From Albugo candida (Eukaryota): a stretch of DNA of 64,000 nt. The position numbers and the translations under genes were made by a program. Positions 34,836 to 46,169 of this stretch are shown piece by piece (the stretch's first letter is position 1; the number at the start of each line of letters is the position of its first letter). The notes beneath the pieces were generated by a model, which saw nothing but the letters and a program-made list of their open reading frames with translations, was not told the DNA's origin and did no database searches. The stretch covers positions 310,001 through 374,000 of the forward strand of contig JBDOQK010000029.1 of NCBI GenBank assembly GCA_040437565.1, given 5' to 3'.

Positions 34836-37469
34836 TTACGCCGTCAGAGTCGGTAACGCGCTCGAACATGTGGATGATGTCGGAGGCGTTCTTCCAGTAT
34901 CTTTCTCGGTCGTCTTTGAAATCATTAGTTTTTGTTCCATGATTGCTGACAAGTCATCACGCACTTCTTCATCGTCGCTGTATTCAATGGTGAAGACATC
35001 CTCTTGTGCTTTATGAGCTGAATGTGTTGGTGATGACAAAATCCTTTTCTTGACAGAATGCATGGAGAAACAAGATGTTGTCTCCTCTGCACTTGTATTA
35101 GTCCGAATACTGTCGCGGTCGTCGTCGATGGCGTTTTCAGATGCAGTGGACCAGCGTTCGTGATGTCGGATTTCTTTTGTTCTCTTCCAAGGATTTGCAG
35201 CAGACAATGAGATTTTCGACCATGGGAGTCGCTTGGTGTCTTTGATTCTTGTCTTCATGTTAGTCAATGACGACCTTGACACAGGCATGGATGAAGATGC
35301 GCGAGCTAGAAATTCCAAAGCTGAAAAAGACAAAGCGTTTTCTCGGTCGTCTGCCTTTTGATCGTTCGGTAAATCCATATCGTTGATCGGGAGGGCGGAA
35401 TCCGTCGGCATACTTCGATTCCGGCGAAGATTTGGGACCGAAAAGCGATTCAGAAATGGATCAGCGCCAGTGAGCGCCCATTCATCATAGCGACAATACT
35501 GACATCTTTCATTTACGTGGCCTGTCAGCTCTTGTGGAGAATGTTCAGGGCTGTCACACATGAAAGCGTGCCAAGAAGCAAATCCTCCGTCGAGTATGCT
35601 GATAAAGCGAAAGCCTTGCTTTTGGAAAAAGAGTGCCGCTCGATTGAGATTATCTACATCGAACAGAACGGAGTCACGGACTTTTGACTTGATGTTCTCG
35701 TCTTTGATAAGGATAGTAGATATGCCCACTCCGCTACCGACCAGCACTATGTGAACAAGCGATTTGAGTGGTTCCAGAGCTTCCAAAGCTCTAGCAATGA
35801 GTTCAGGGGAGTCAAATACCGAAGGATCGAGTGTATAAGCAGAAGGGATACGTCCACATTCTAAATCCTCAGAGCTTCGGAGGGCTCGGCAATCAATCAC
35901 AAAATATCGAAGAGCACGATGTTGGGGCTTGTTCAGCACCATGTGATGTTTTCCTTTGTTTGCTGTCGAAATGGAGGAAGGTAGAGGTTCCTCACTTCCC
36001 ATAATGTGTGCACCCACTTCATTGATCCCAATCGTCAGTGCAAAGTATGATATAACCCTTGGGATTGACTCAGCAGGATGTTCCCACTGTGTTTTACCTG
36101 ACACTACATTGTACCAGAAAGATTTTCCAGAAATAGAACTTGACTCGCGTCGCTGCCAATCCGACATGTCTAGGATCATTTTCCCATCCAATGCGTCTGA
36201 TTTCGAAGATTTCACTCCTCGGAACGCCTTCTTTATTGCCACCCTAGATGATGACCTCCTCGTACGGCCACTTGATTTTCTCTTTACAGTGTGATCATTG
36301 GCAAAGCCATCATCTGACTGAACGAATTCTAGAGAGCAGTGGTAGCTTTTGGGTGTTCTCATCCACAATCTTGATGCATATAGGCAAAGAAATTGCACGT
36401 AGTCTCGGCTTTCGACCGCATTCTGAGTAACTGTGACCAATCTACTACGTACTTGATCGGCAATACTTTCCGTGGAACAAATCGAATCTGTTTTGCCAGT
36501 GCTTTCACCAAGAACAATAAATACTTGACGACGCTGTATCAATATCGCTAAAAGAAAGAATAATCCAAACATGGTATCGCCTGTCAGCAGATACTGATCC
36601 AAAAGATATACGAAATTCGACGGCGGCATTCTCCTGAATAAAGTATCGGTGAAAAAATCCCGTGGAATAAGGTGATCTGGTTCACTCCACTCATTCCAGC
36701 ACCACTGATTGAGAAAATGCGCGAGTGCTGGATCATGATAGCACAATAGCTGTTCAATGAGTTCTTTTCTCTCACGATGGAATCGTTTGTGAACATCATC
36801 CGAGGCCGTGACCTCGGTTTCGTTTTTTAAAATCGGATGAACTTGATGCAGCCAAATGTGATGAAGAAACTGACCGCAGAATTGGTAAAAGCAATCATAA
36901 ATCGTAGCCAGTGGTAAATCGGCAATGAAGAAACATGCCATCAAATGAGCCATTCCACTTTTGTACTCTAACGATTTTGTAGACATGTAATATACAATCA
37001 GAGATTCTACTTTCTCTTGCATTTTCTCAATCTGAATCTCATTCTTGACCATCTCACAAACCATAACTGCTTCTTGAACCAATAAATCACATCGAGGCGA
37101 TTTTCGTGACCGAAGCAGAATTCGATCGAATTCTCGAGCACTTGCACTATGCTGATTACGCTTGCATACACTGAGTAGAATTTGCCAGATTTCGCCTCGG
37201 AGATGAGAGCATTTTGTAGGAATTTGCAAAATAGAGAAATGCTGCAGACACTGAAACAATTCCTCTACTCCCGGTCGTCTGGTAATGACAGATGGCTCGT
37301 GTTCCCATTCCAGCTGAGCCAGCGGGTTCGTCAGCGCGGATTGAGAGAAAATTCGATACAATTGCTGTATTTCGAGCTGTTTTGCTTTCGCTATCTGTTG
37401 GTACCATAATCGCAAATAACGTCGACGTATTAGTCGCTTGAGCAGCTCTAATGCCTCTTCGGATACCAT
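34836..37469 (-). CDS. TBC1D23-like protein: TBC domain + WW + rhodanese-like domain
   Basis: TBC: LRGEIWQILL, YKSGMAHL, LLCYHDPALAHFL. WW: W..RESSSISGKSFWYNVVSGKTQWEHP. Rhodanese: FVIDCR..GRIPSAY...LDGGFASWH. Confidence 0.78.
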   Translation of the reverse strand: MVSEEALELLKRLIRRRYLRLWYQQIAKAKQLEIQQLYRIFSQSALTNPLAQLEWEHEPSVITRRPGVEELFQCLQHFSILQIPTKCSHLRGEIWQILLSVCKRNQHSASAREFDRILLRSRKSPRCDLLVQEAVMVCEMVKNEIQIEKMQEKVESLIVYYMSTKSLEYKSGMAHLMACFFIADLPLATIYDCFYQFCGQFLHHIWLHQVHPILKNETEVTASDDVHKRFHRERKELIEQLLCYHDPALAHFLNQWCWNEWSEPDHLIPRDFFTDTLFRRMPPSNFVYLLDQYLLTGDTMFGLFFLLAILIQRRQVFIVLGESTGKTDSICSTESIADQVRSRLVTVTQNAVESRDYVQFLCLYASRLWMRTPKSYHCSLEFVQSDDGFANDHTVKRKSSGRTRRSSSRVAIKKAFRGVKSSKSDALDGKMILDMSDWQRRESSSISGKSFWYNVVSGKTQWEHPAESIPRVISYFALTIGINEVGAHIMGSEEPLPSSISTANKGKHHMVLNKPQHRALRYFVIDCRALRSSEDLECGRIPSAYTLDPSVFDSPELIARALEALEPLKSLVHIVLVGSGVGISTILIKDENIKSKVRDSVLFDVDNLNRAALFFQKQGFRFISILDGGFASWHAFMCDSPEHSPQELTGHVNERCQYCRYDEWALTGADPFLNRFSVPNLRRNRSMPTDSALPINDMDLPNDQKADDRENALSFSALEFLARASSSMPVSRSSLTNMKTRIKDTKRLPWSKISLSAANPWKRTKEIRHHERWSTASENAIDDDRDSIRTNTSAEETTSCFSMHSVKKRILSSPTHSAHKAQEDVFTIEYSDDEEVRDDLSAIMEQKLMISKTTEKDTGRTPPTSSTCSSALPTLTA

Positions 37470-37692
37470 CGAAAAAGTGCCAAACTCGTTGAGAAGTCCG
37501 CCAAAAAAGCTTTTGCGTCGCCTTTACACTTCCTTTCCGCGCGCGCTCTCTCTCCCAAATGGAACATACAGAATGAATGTACACTGTGAATGAATTGAGA
37601 AGAATTGTAAGAAATGAATTGAATTGTAAGCCGTGTGACACGAACGTACAAAACATCAGCGTATACATTCGCGCAACGTTTCACCAGATCTA

Positions 37693-39019
37693 ATGCATTC
37701 GAATCCCAACAGCGATCGCTTCGCTGCGACAAGAGATTGCTACTCGTTTCGGAATACAAGTACACGGCGTAGCAATAAACGAAGAAAAAGTATATGTACA
37801 GGTGGGGAAGAGAAAAGTGTCGTTGTAGATCTCAATACAATTGCAGCTTCGATGGATTTAACCGAAATAAAACAAGAAAGAAATGATGACTACTGCATGC
37901 CACCAGATACTTTCCTTACAAACAATGCTCCTAGTAACAATAGAGCGATATATCCAACCAATCCAAGCGCCCGATTAGTCGTTATGGATACCTATCTCTA
38001 TCGCCAATTAGCACTCAAGGACGAATGGCTTGTTGCAACACAAAAAAGTATGTCCTATAATATGATATAAGTTTTGCTGATACATTATATTATCTCATGA
38101 TATCATAGATCTCAGCCTTCTCCGCCAAGAATGCATGGATATTCGGCGAGAATTGTCAAAAGCCAATGAAGAAAATGATCGCTGTCTTATGCAGCTGGAA
38201 GATGTACTTACAAATCGTCCCAAGATCATCGCCAAAGAAGCTTTGGATCTACATATACATCAATCAGAACACTGGCGTAAGGAAATGGGGAAACGAATCA
38301 AACATTTGAGTCAACGGATGGACGAAATCGAAGACCGACATGCCCCTATCCCTGCTATTAAAAAGGAGCAATCTGTGGAAACGCTGGCAGTAGAACAATC
38401 CCATCACAGTTGTACAGAAAAACAAAAGGAGTTGGAACAAATCAAATTGCGGCAAAAAGAGTTTAGCGATTCGTTTGTAGAACATCAAGTTATGGCCGAA
38501 CGTATACTAGCAGAGAAAGACAAGAGTAGTAAAGAACTGAGAAAAAAGTTGCAGAGTGTCCAGGATTCCTGTCTGGATCGCACTATGGAGGCAATACGAA
38601 TGGCCAACTACAGCCTTGAGTCGACCCACACAGTTACTCAGAAACTGAATGAAGTGAATGGGCAAGTCAAGGCGATACATGAAGACATTAGCAGCTTACG
38701 ACAAGAATTCGCTGGTATTCGAACAGCACTGCATGAGACAAAGAAACAAGTGCACAAGAGAGTTTCATTCGCAACACGAGACGAATTGGCGTTAGTTGAG
38801 AAACAGTGCTTTCAGACAATCGCAAAGAACCAGACTGCACAACGGACGAAATTCGAGCAATTTGATCGTTTTCGAGAATTTATAGAGAATCGTCAGGAAA
38901 TGTGGCAAAACAATGTATCGCAATTAGCACACGAAGTGTACAATTCAATGGAAATTGACTTTTCCAAGCATGTTGCTGAGAATACAGCTCTACGGAAGTT
39001 GATCGTCGGATTACAGCAA
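37693..39019 (+). CDS. Hypothetical coiled-coil protein, 5' part (runs into a gap)
   Basis: Exon 37693-38047, intron 38048-38108, then an open heptad-rich frame up to the gap at 39020. Confidence 0.6.
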
Positions 39020-39119
39020 NNNNNNNNNNNNNNNNNNNNNNNNNNNNNNNNNNNNNNNNNNNNNNNNNNNNNNNNNNNNNNNNNNNNNNNNNNNNNNNNN
39101 NNNNNNNNNNNNNNNNNNN

Positions 39120-40220
39120 TAGCTATTTCATTCGCTGCTATGGAATCTTCCTATCATTGTATCGGCTATAATTGTAATGCATACTACCGAGTCTTATTTC
39201 AAATATTGCGGACCTTTTCTGCGATCTCATCGCTATTTGGCTATATCCATACTTCATTATTCGATCGTGATGCGCGCCGCTTTCCTCCGAGCACTTCCTC
39301 TTCACAGTCAACACATCCATTTCCGCTTACTTCAGACAGCTGCAGAAGCAGCCTCTACTGTTTCGTACACACGCAGACTGTTTCTCGGTGTCAATAATGC
39401 CGTACGCGCTTTTCCTTACCCGAAAGTTTCCGTCGAAGAACAGGAGACGCTGCAGTTGCTTGTAACGTCTATGGCAAAGTACTTTGAGAATGTCGACAGC
39501 AAACAGATCGATGAAAAAAAAAGGAAATTCCGGAGGAAACGTTAAATGAACTTAAGGAACTTGGAGTTTTTGGACTGCAAATTGAGGAGCAGTGGATGGA
39601 TTAGAATTATCCAATACCGGTTACGCGCGTGTTTGTGAGGAATTCACAGATGCCAGCATTGCAGTCTCTGTTAGTTTTCGGTCAAAAGGGGAAGTCAATT
39701 ATCAGGTTTAACAGTCTCCGACGGGCCACTAATCACGACCTCTCGAATTATGTGTCATACCTCATAGTCGTCGTTTCGCATGTCGTGTGTACTGCACACT
39801 CGGTGCGTCAACTACAGTGTACGTTTCAACAGTCACCATAATGGCGCATCAGTCAATTGGACTGAAAGGTATTTTACTGAATGGAAACGAGCACCAGGTG
39901 GCGTCTTCTGATTCGGGCATATCTGAGTTTTGTCTGATTCGTTTGTTCGAATAAAAAGCAAAGTACCTACACAAAATTGCTACAGGAGAGCATATTGCAG
40001 CATTCGCGTTGACAGAACCTTCAAGTGGGTCCGATGCGGCATCGATCAAAACCCGAACAACTCTGTCCGAGGACGGAAAGTATTATATTCTGAATGGTAG
40101 CAAAATATGGATCAGTAATGGTGACTGGGCAGATGTGATGACTGTGTTCGCGCAGACAGAAGTTGACGGAAAGGATAATGCCACTGTGTTCATTGCTGAG
40201 CGTGGCTTAGGTGGTGTTAC
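39120..40220 (+). pseudogene. Truncated, disrupted copy of the acyl-CoA dehydrogenase 5' half
   Basis: High identity to ~47819-48744. Frameshifts in the poly-A run near 39513 and near 39596, an LTR insertion, an intron acceptor changed AG>AA near 39953, and truncation at 40220. Confidence 0.9.
39669..39831. mobile_element. 163-bp solo LTR (TG...CA termini, 5-bp TSD)
   Basis: Absent from the intact ACAD copy (gcaGTCACcat). Begins TGTTAG and ends TCAACA. Flanked by GTCTC/GTCAC (one mismatch). Confidence 0.8.
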
Positions 40221-42796
40221 TGCAGAGTGTTCAGGATTACTCTTTGGATCGCACTATGAAGACAATACGAATGGCCAACTACAGCCTTAATTCGACTCAG
40301 ACTGTTACTCAGAAACTGAATGAAGTGAATGGGCAAGTCAAGGCGATACATGAAGACATTAGCAGCGTACGACAAGAATTCGCTGGTATTCGAACAGCAC
40401 TGCATGTGACAAAGAAACAAGTGCACAAGAGAGTTTCATTCGCAACACGAGACGAATTGGCGTTAGTTGAGAAGCAATGCTTACAGGCAATCGCAAAGAA
40501 CCAGACTGCACAACGGACGAAATGTGAGCAATTTGATCGTTTTCGAGATATTTGTAGAGAATCGTCAGGAAATGTGGCAAAACAATGAAATACAATTAGC
40601 ACACAAAGTGTACAATTCAATGGAAATTGACTTTTCCAAGCATGTTGCTGAGAATACAGCTCTACGGAAGCTGATTGTCGGATTACAGCAACAAGTTTGC
40701 GATTTGAAGCAAGCTGTAGCGACACAAACTTCTGATCCAATGACATTAGCTGAAGCTTGTCCATCTCGACATTCGAATCGAAAAGTGACAAAAAGGCAAC
40801 ATTATGAGAAAGTGAATGATTGCAATCGACCTCTTTTGTTCAACCAACAGCAATCAGCTCAAAAAGATTGCTCGAATCGAAGTAGAACCGATAATTCAAC
40901 CCGGCCGCACAAGAGTCTATCTCCATTACAGTCAAAAGAATCGGACGTGTCGTCAACCATGACACGTATCAATACCAATGTCCATACAGTTCAAGATGAA
41001 AGCTGTATGAGCGACGAAGACGAAGTTCTCGAAGTTTGCACTCCATCTCAATTAGCTGGTTATGATCAGGGGCGAAAAACGCCCACGCAGCAGGAAACTA
41101 TTGTAATTGAAGACGATTCTGAATCGGAGACGGGAATCGCATCATCATCATCTTCCAAGCACACTCGCGCCGACACTCTAATGAAGGCGGAGGAGAATGG
41201 TGTCCGAGTGGAAGTACACAAACGCACTTCACTTACTTGGCACCATGTTGGTCAGGGAATCAAACTCTACCTGAGCTTTGGAGGCGCACCTAGTCCAACT
41301 GACGAGTGGCGATTGCGGATACCGAACCTTTTGCTTGAAGACCAGAGTATGCTCTCTACTATGCAAGAAATCAAAACGACCTTTGAAGTTTTCCAATCAG
41401 TTCCTCAGCAGCTCTTGCATTCAGTCACACAGGCAGCTACCATCGACAGCAGTACTGCATCGGAGGACAACAAAGCGATCGAACACATCACCGAAGAAGA
41501 TATCCGGGTCAAGTATGGCAATGTATTGCTTCGCGTTCATCGAATGTGGATAAAAACTATCAAACCCAGCATCAAGAAAGTGACTCAGAGTTCTCTCAGA
41601 CCATGTACAGAACTAGACGATCTGGACATCTCCACTCCTATTTCCTTGCTTGTGAGTCAATGGACCCAGCATCACTCATCCAAGGTCGATATACTTGAGT
41701 GGCGTGGGAAACTGGCCACGTCATTTTATCAAGTTCTCTGTTCCCAATTCGAAGGCACATTCTCCGATCTCTCGTGCAACGTGGCTTCATGTTCTCCTGC
41801 TGTGTTCCTCTTCCACCTTATGCTACAGCCATTGGAGATCAAGCGAGTTTTTCCTCAACATGGCCGCTTCCGTCTGACTGATTCTGGTCGAGCAGTGATA
41901 AGCACATCATGGGATCGTCTTTTATCCAGCATTCCATACGAATTCTTCATAGAAAATGCATGGTTGGAAGCACAGTCCGATGCTGCAGGACAAGTGATCT
42001 CGCCCTTGGGTATATCTCACGTGCTTGCAACCATGATCTTCTACACCAGTATGATACAACTTCCCGAAACAACTTCCGAGTCTGCTTCCCTTATGTTTCT
42101 TGTGGAGCGCATTAGCGTTGTTACAGAGTGGTTTTATAGTATGTTGGTGATAAACGGCGTGAAAGCCTCGACAATGGCTTCGTGTGAGCATTTAAGGTTG
42201 GACAAGGCGATTGTGGAAGTGGAAGGCGTTGATAGCAAATTCGTGAGCAACTTGCAACTGGACGGGTTTTTTGAGGTTGCTCATGTCGTGTGGCTCGAGT
42301 CCAATCGCTCGGTGGAATCTCAACCCCAAGAGCAGTAAAGGTTGTTGCGGTCATGTCCCGACTGCGTGGATCATTACAAACTTATAGAAATGATGAATGT
42401 TGGTCAATGGGAAGGAGTCGTTTGGAGCGAATCGTGGGAACGTGGGAATGAAGGTTGGACGTTTCACTCATAGTGAAAATGATCACTTTCGAATTTCTAA
42501 GATCTGATATTGCTGCTACCGTTTGCGCGCCTATTTTCGAGTATATCATCGACTTGCAACAGATTAGTGAGCTTTTTGACGTTTTCGTGGCGTTATCTGT
42601 TTGGAAGGGAGCGTGCTCTCGAGATGACAATGCTCGCCGCCAGTTTGTGGATTTGGCAGTGAAATAAGTGTTATTCCTCGATCTGGAAGATTTTGCCGAA
42701 ATACCTCTGATAAGCGGTTATGGTGTGCTTCTTTGGCATAGCTTCACGCAGTTTCTTAGATCACTTAAATGCGATTTGTATCACGGCGTGGATTAA
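40221..42796 (+). pseudogene. 5'-truncated, disrupted copy of the coiled-coil hypothetical gene
   Basis: 40221-40690 matches 38550-39019, with a +1 frameshift near 40550. A long open frame runs to 42338. A putative last exon after a GT-AG intron has in-frame stops at 42449 and 42665. Confidence 0.7.
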
Positions 42797-43020
42797 GACA
42801 TAAGTTTTGTTGGCTGGTTGTTATGGATGTGGTGCTGCGATGTGCTTTCGGGAGAAACATTTACTCATAGGTTTACATCTAACAAGTGGAAAAGAAATGT
42901 CTTAGGGATAATCATCGAATCATTCAATTGAGCGCGTATTCTCATACATCATTGCAATTGCGAGATAGAAGAAACGAAAAGTTCGACGCAAGTATCTCAA
43001 GTAACTTCTGTCAATGTTTA

Positions 43021-43788
43021 TCAAAAGAGGTAAGTAGGTACGATATTGATCTGTCTGTTTCTGTTCGACCTTGGAGCTTGGGGAGATTTGTACGGAGTAA
43101 TGTCTGCCCGGAAACATTTAAAGTGAATGTAAAACCTTTCCTCACTGTTCTTGACTGTTTTCAAGAATATGAATTCGTGCTGATCCAACGCAGACGAACC
43201 AATTACAAATTTGTCCAACTTCTGCCCGATATTGAAAGCGGACAAAAGGAATGTGATAGCGTGAGATCCAGAGGAAAACGTGACCAGTCTGCCCTCTGTA
43301 ATACCTCTCAAAAAGTTATGATCTGGAGCGGGCACATCAAATTTTTTACACCCAAAATCGAAAACCGATGAATATTCGTTGGATGTTACACAATAACGCA
43401 CAGTCATTTCGAGCTCCCATTTTGCGCTATTGGGGGATACTTTGAAGTGTCCCTGTTTTGTTGTCTTCTTTTTCCAAGTAAGCTTCTTTTTGAACGTAAC
43501 CTCCTCTGCCAAAGTAAGCTTATCTTTCTGAAAGTGGTACTCAAAAGTCTTACAGTCTTTACCAGTTCCATTGGGCGACAGATCAATTGCATCTGGCAAA
43601 GGATAGTCTTCATGCGGCACGCAGAAGTACATTATTACATCTTTGGATCCCATACTAATCTTACATTCTCTTGCATGTTTGCTGGCTTTGAATTTATCAT
43701 TTGTACACAAAATCGGTTTCTTGAACGGGCATTCGTACGTGATTACGAATTGCATGACAAGCTGGATTTGACTAAAATAAAGCTTCAT
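43021..43788 (-). CDS. Hypothetical, possibly secreted protein (about 255 aa), candidate effector
   Basis: First ATG at 43788 gives MKLYFSQIQLVMQFVITYECPFKKPILC, a weak signal-peptide-like start shared with the paralogue at 46169. No family recognised. Confidence 0.55.
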   Translation of the reverse strand: MKLYFSQIQLVMQFVITYECPFKKPILCTNDKFKASKHARECKISMGSKDVIMYFCVPHEDYPLPDAIDLSPNGTGKDCKTFEYHFQKDKLTLAEEVTFKKKLTWKKKTTKQGHFKVSPNSAKWELEMTVRYCVTSNEYSSVFDFGCKKFDVPAPDHNFLRGITEGRLVTFSSGSHAITFLLSAFNIGQKLDKFVIGSSALDQHEFIFLKTVKNSEERFYIHFKCFRADITPYKSPQAPRSNRNRQINIVPTYLF

Positions 43789-45305
43789 TATGAGAGGACG
43801 TGAGACGACTTGATTATTAGGAAGCAGTTCTTCCAAGATGGTAAAATTGAGAATGAGGAAGTCTGTTCCATACTTTATTGGCTCACGAGTGCTTAAACAA
43901 CTTTGCAACAAATGACGGAGATGTCAAGGGATCATTCTTTGAATAAAATTTCAAAAGCACACAAGTCCATTGTATCTCAGATTCATGAAAAATACCATAC
44001 TTAGTTGTACATAAAAAGACACATCACACCTGAGTCGGGCAACGTTTTTTTCTCTTCCTTCTGCAGTTCAGTATTTTCTATCGCTGGATAGGCCAGAATA
44101 ATTGGGTTATTTAAAGGAATCGGTGGGATTGGTTGCAAGAAAAAAGTGGGTGAGCAAAACGAGACATGAAAAGAAACAGTAATACAGCGCAATTGCAAAC
44201 AATCAGAAGTGACGACTGTACTAAAACCGTGTCACTTAATACGAAAGAGAATCTTCTATTACGGGCCCTTACTATGTGAACGACACAGAAAAGAGAATCT
44301 AGCAGCAAGAGTGATCAAGATAGAGAGGCTCAGATTAGGTGATTGGTCCTTGCATGGTGTTGTTGACAACTGAGATCACCATGGCAGGACTCGATTGTCA
44401 GTGTGCACATATCACATTCCGAAATCGCTGTGTCCTACTAATCGCGTCAACATTATGAGTTTACAAGGGTAAAAGGCCAAAGAATACTATTTCGGCTAAC
44501 ATTGCCCCTATTGTATTTGTATACATACTTGACTGCGTAAATTCCATAAGTGCGTCTTAGATGCTGTAAGCCGAATATGAAGTTTGCACAGCAGCGCTCA
44601 AATTTTCAATGCACCCCCTGTCTTTTTGCTGAAGAGCTTTTCCCATGTTATTTCATAGATCAACTGTTCTAATATTGAAAACCGTTTTCAAATCGTCGAA
44701 GAGTGCGTGTAACGATCGAAACACAAATACGACGCTTATTCTTCAACTGTCATGGCTGTAATTCCTGTCACAGAGCATCTGATGCGCGCAGATCCCTCTT
44801 GATATTCAACACTTTCGACTGCTGAGGCTGCTCCACTTTCGTCATATCTGCATGTATAGGTCCCTTTTCGGCTGTAAGAGCTTCATTGTGCAGTCTATGA
44901 CAAGTCTCATCTTCAAGATACTGCTTCGTTCACGTTTTAGGCTTCCGTAAATCTTCAACGAGCTTCTACATCTGTGAAGCAGTACCATGATTGATATGGT
45001 TGTAGCATCTGAAAAAAGTAGAAGATACCATCCAGAACGCTCGTATTTCGCGTCTCACGTCTTTCGTGCTTGCTTTCTCTCTTTAGCTAGCTATTTCATT
45101 CGCTGCTATGGAATCTTCCTATCATTGTATCGGCTATAATTGTAATGCATACNNNNNNNNNNNNNNNNNNNNNNNNNNNNNNNNNNNNNNNNNNNNNNNN
45201 NNNNNNNNNNNNNNNNNNNNNNNNNNNNNNNNNNNNNNNNNNNNNNNNNNNNGGACAAGTGATCTCGCCCTTGGGTATATCTCACGTGCTTGCAACCATG
45301 ATCTT

Positions 45306-46169
45306 CTACACCAGTATGTTCTTGGGCCACGTGTTTTCCGATAGAACCATTCCCTTTCCTTGAATGTGAACATATTCACCGAATTTGTCTAGTTTTAGGA
45401 GACTAATTTGCAAGTCTCTCATAACAGATTCTCCGATTACCCAATGTGTAGCTTCCTCGAAGCCATTCGGAGGCAGAACAAACTTAATGCTTCCGTATTT
45501 GAACTTGAACTCCAATTCTACATCAGAATTTTTCTCCAAAAAAGTCGCATAATGCTTGGAGTGCACACCGAAAGATTAAATTGCGAAATTCAAAAGAATA
45601 AGATTATCACCGGAAGACTTCGTACCATCGATTATGGACTGCACTGGAATGAAGCTCCAAAACGGTTCGTAGCCGCTTTCTGGTATGAGTCCGTTTTCAA
45701 ATTTCGCGATCTCCAAGTTCTCTCTCAAAAGAAGCTAATCTTTCTCGAAACTGCAGTGAAAAGTCTTGCAGTCTTTACCGGTTCCAATAGAGGTGAGAAG
45801 GATTGTATCTGGCAAGCAATTGCCTTCGCAGTAGTACTGAAGGTGTTTCATTTCAACCTCGACCTCATTGGTGTTATCATTTTTTGGCTGATGCATATGA
45901 CGTCTCCATGACATTTCCATTTCGTGCAAGTCCAGTCCACGAAGGAAACCAGCGTTGCTGTTATCGCCGTCTGACTTCGCTTTACGCTTCGTTACACGCT
46001 CCTTTTTATAGCTGCATCCCATCCCAATCTGATGTTGTTTTGGATATTTTCTGGCTTTTGATATATCTCTTGTACACCTGATCGGTTTTTTGAACGGACA
46101 TTCATCCGCGTATGACATGATTCCGAATTGCATGACAAGCTGGAGTTGACTGAAGTAAAGCTTCATCAC
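45306..46169 (-). pseudogene. Pseudogenised paralogue of the 43021-43788 protein
   Basis: Shares MKLYFSQ.QLVMQF, ECPFKKPI.CT and LPD.I.L..GTGKDCKTF. An AAG>TAG stop at 45735-45737 and a second in-frame TAA separate same-frame ORFs 45735-46169 and 45306-45566. Confidence 0.7.

Noticed and set aside
38135-39397. 420-aa ORF reading through the gap
   Set aside because: The sequence after 39119 belongs to the ACAD pseudogene upstream region; the read-through is an artefact of the N run.
40009-40290. Novel ACAD/coiled-coil fusion protein
   Set aside because: The junction is out of frame and the upstream ACAD part is already disrupted.
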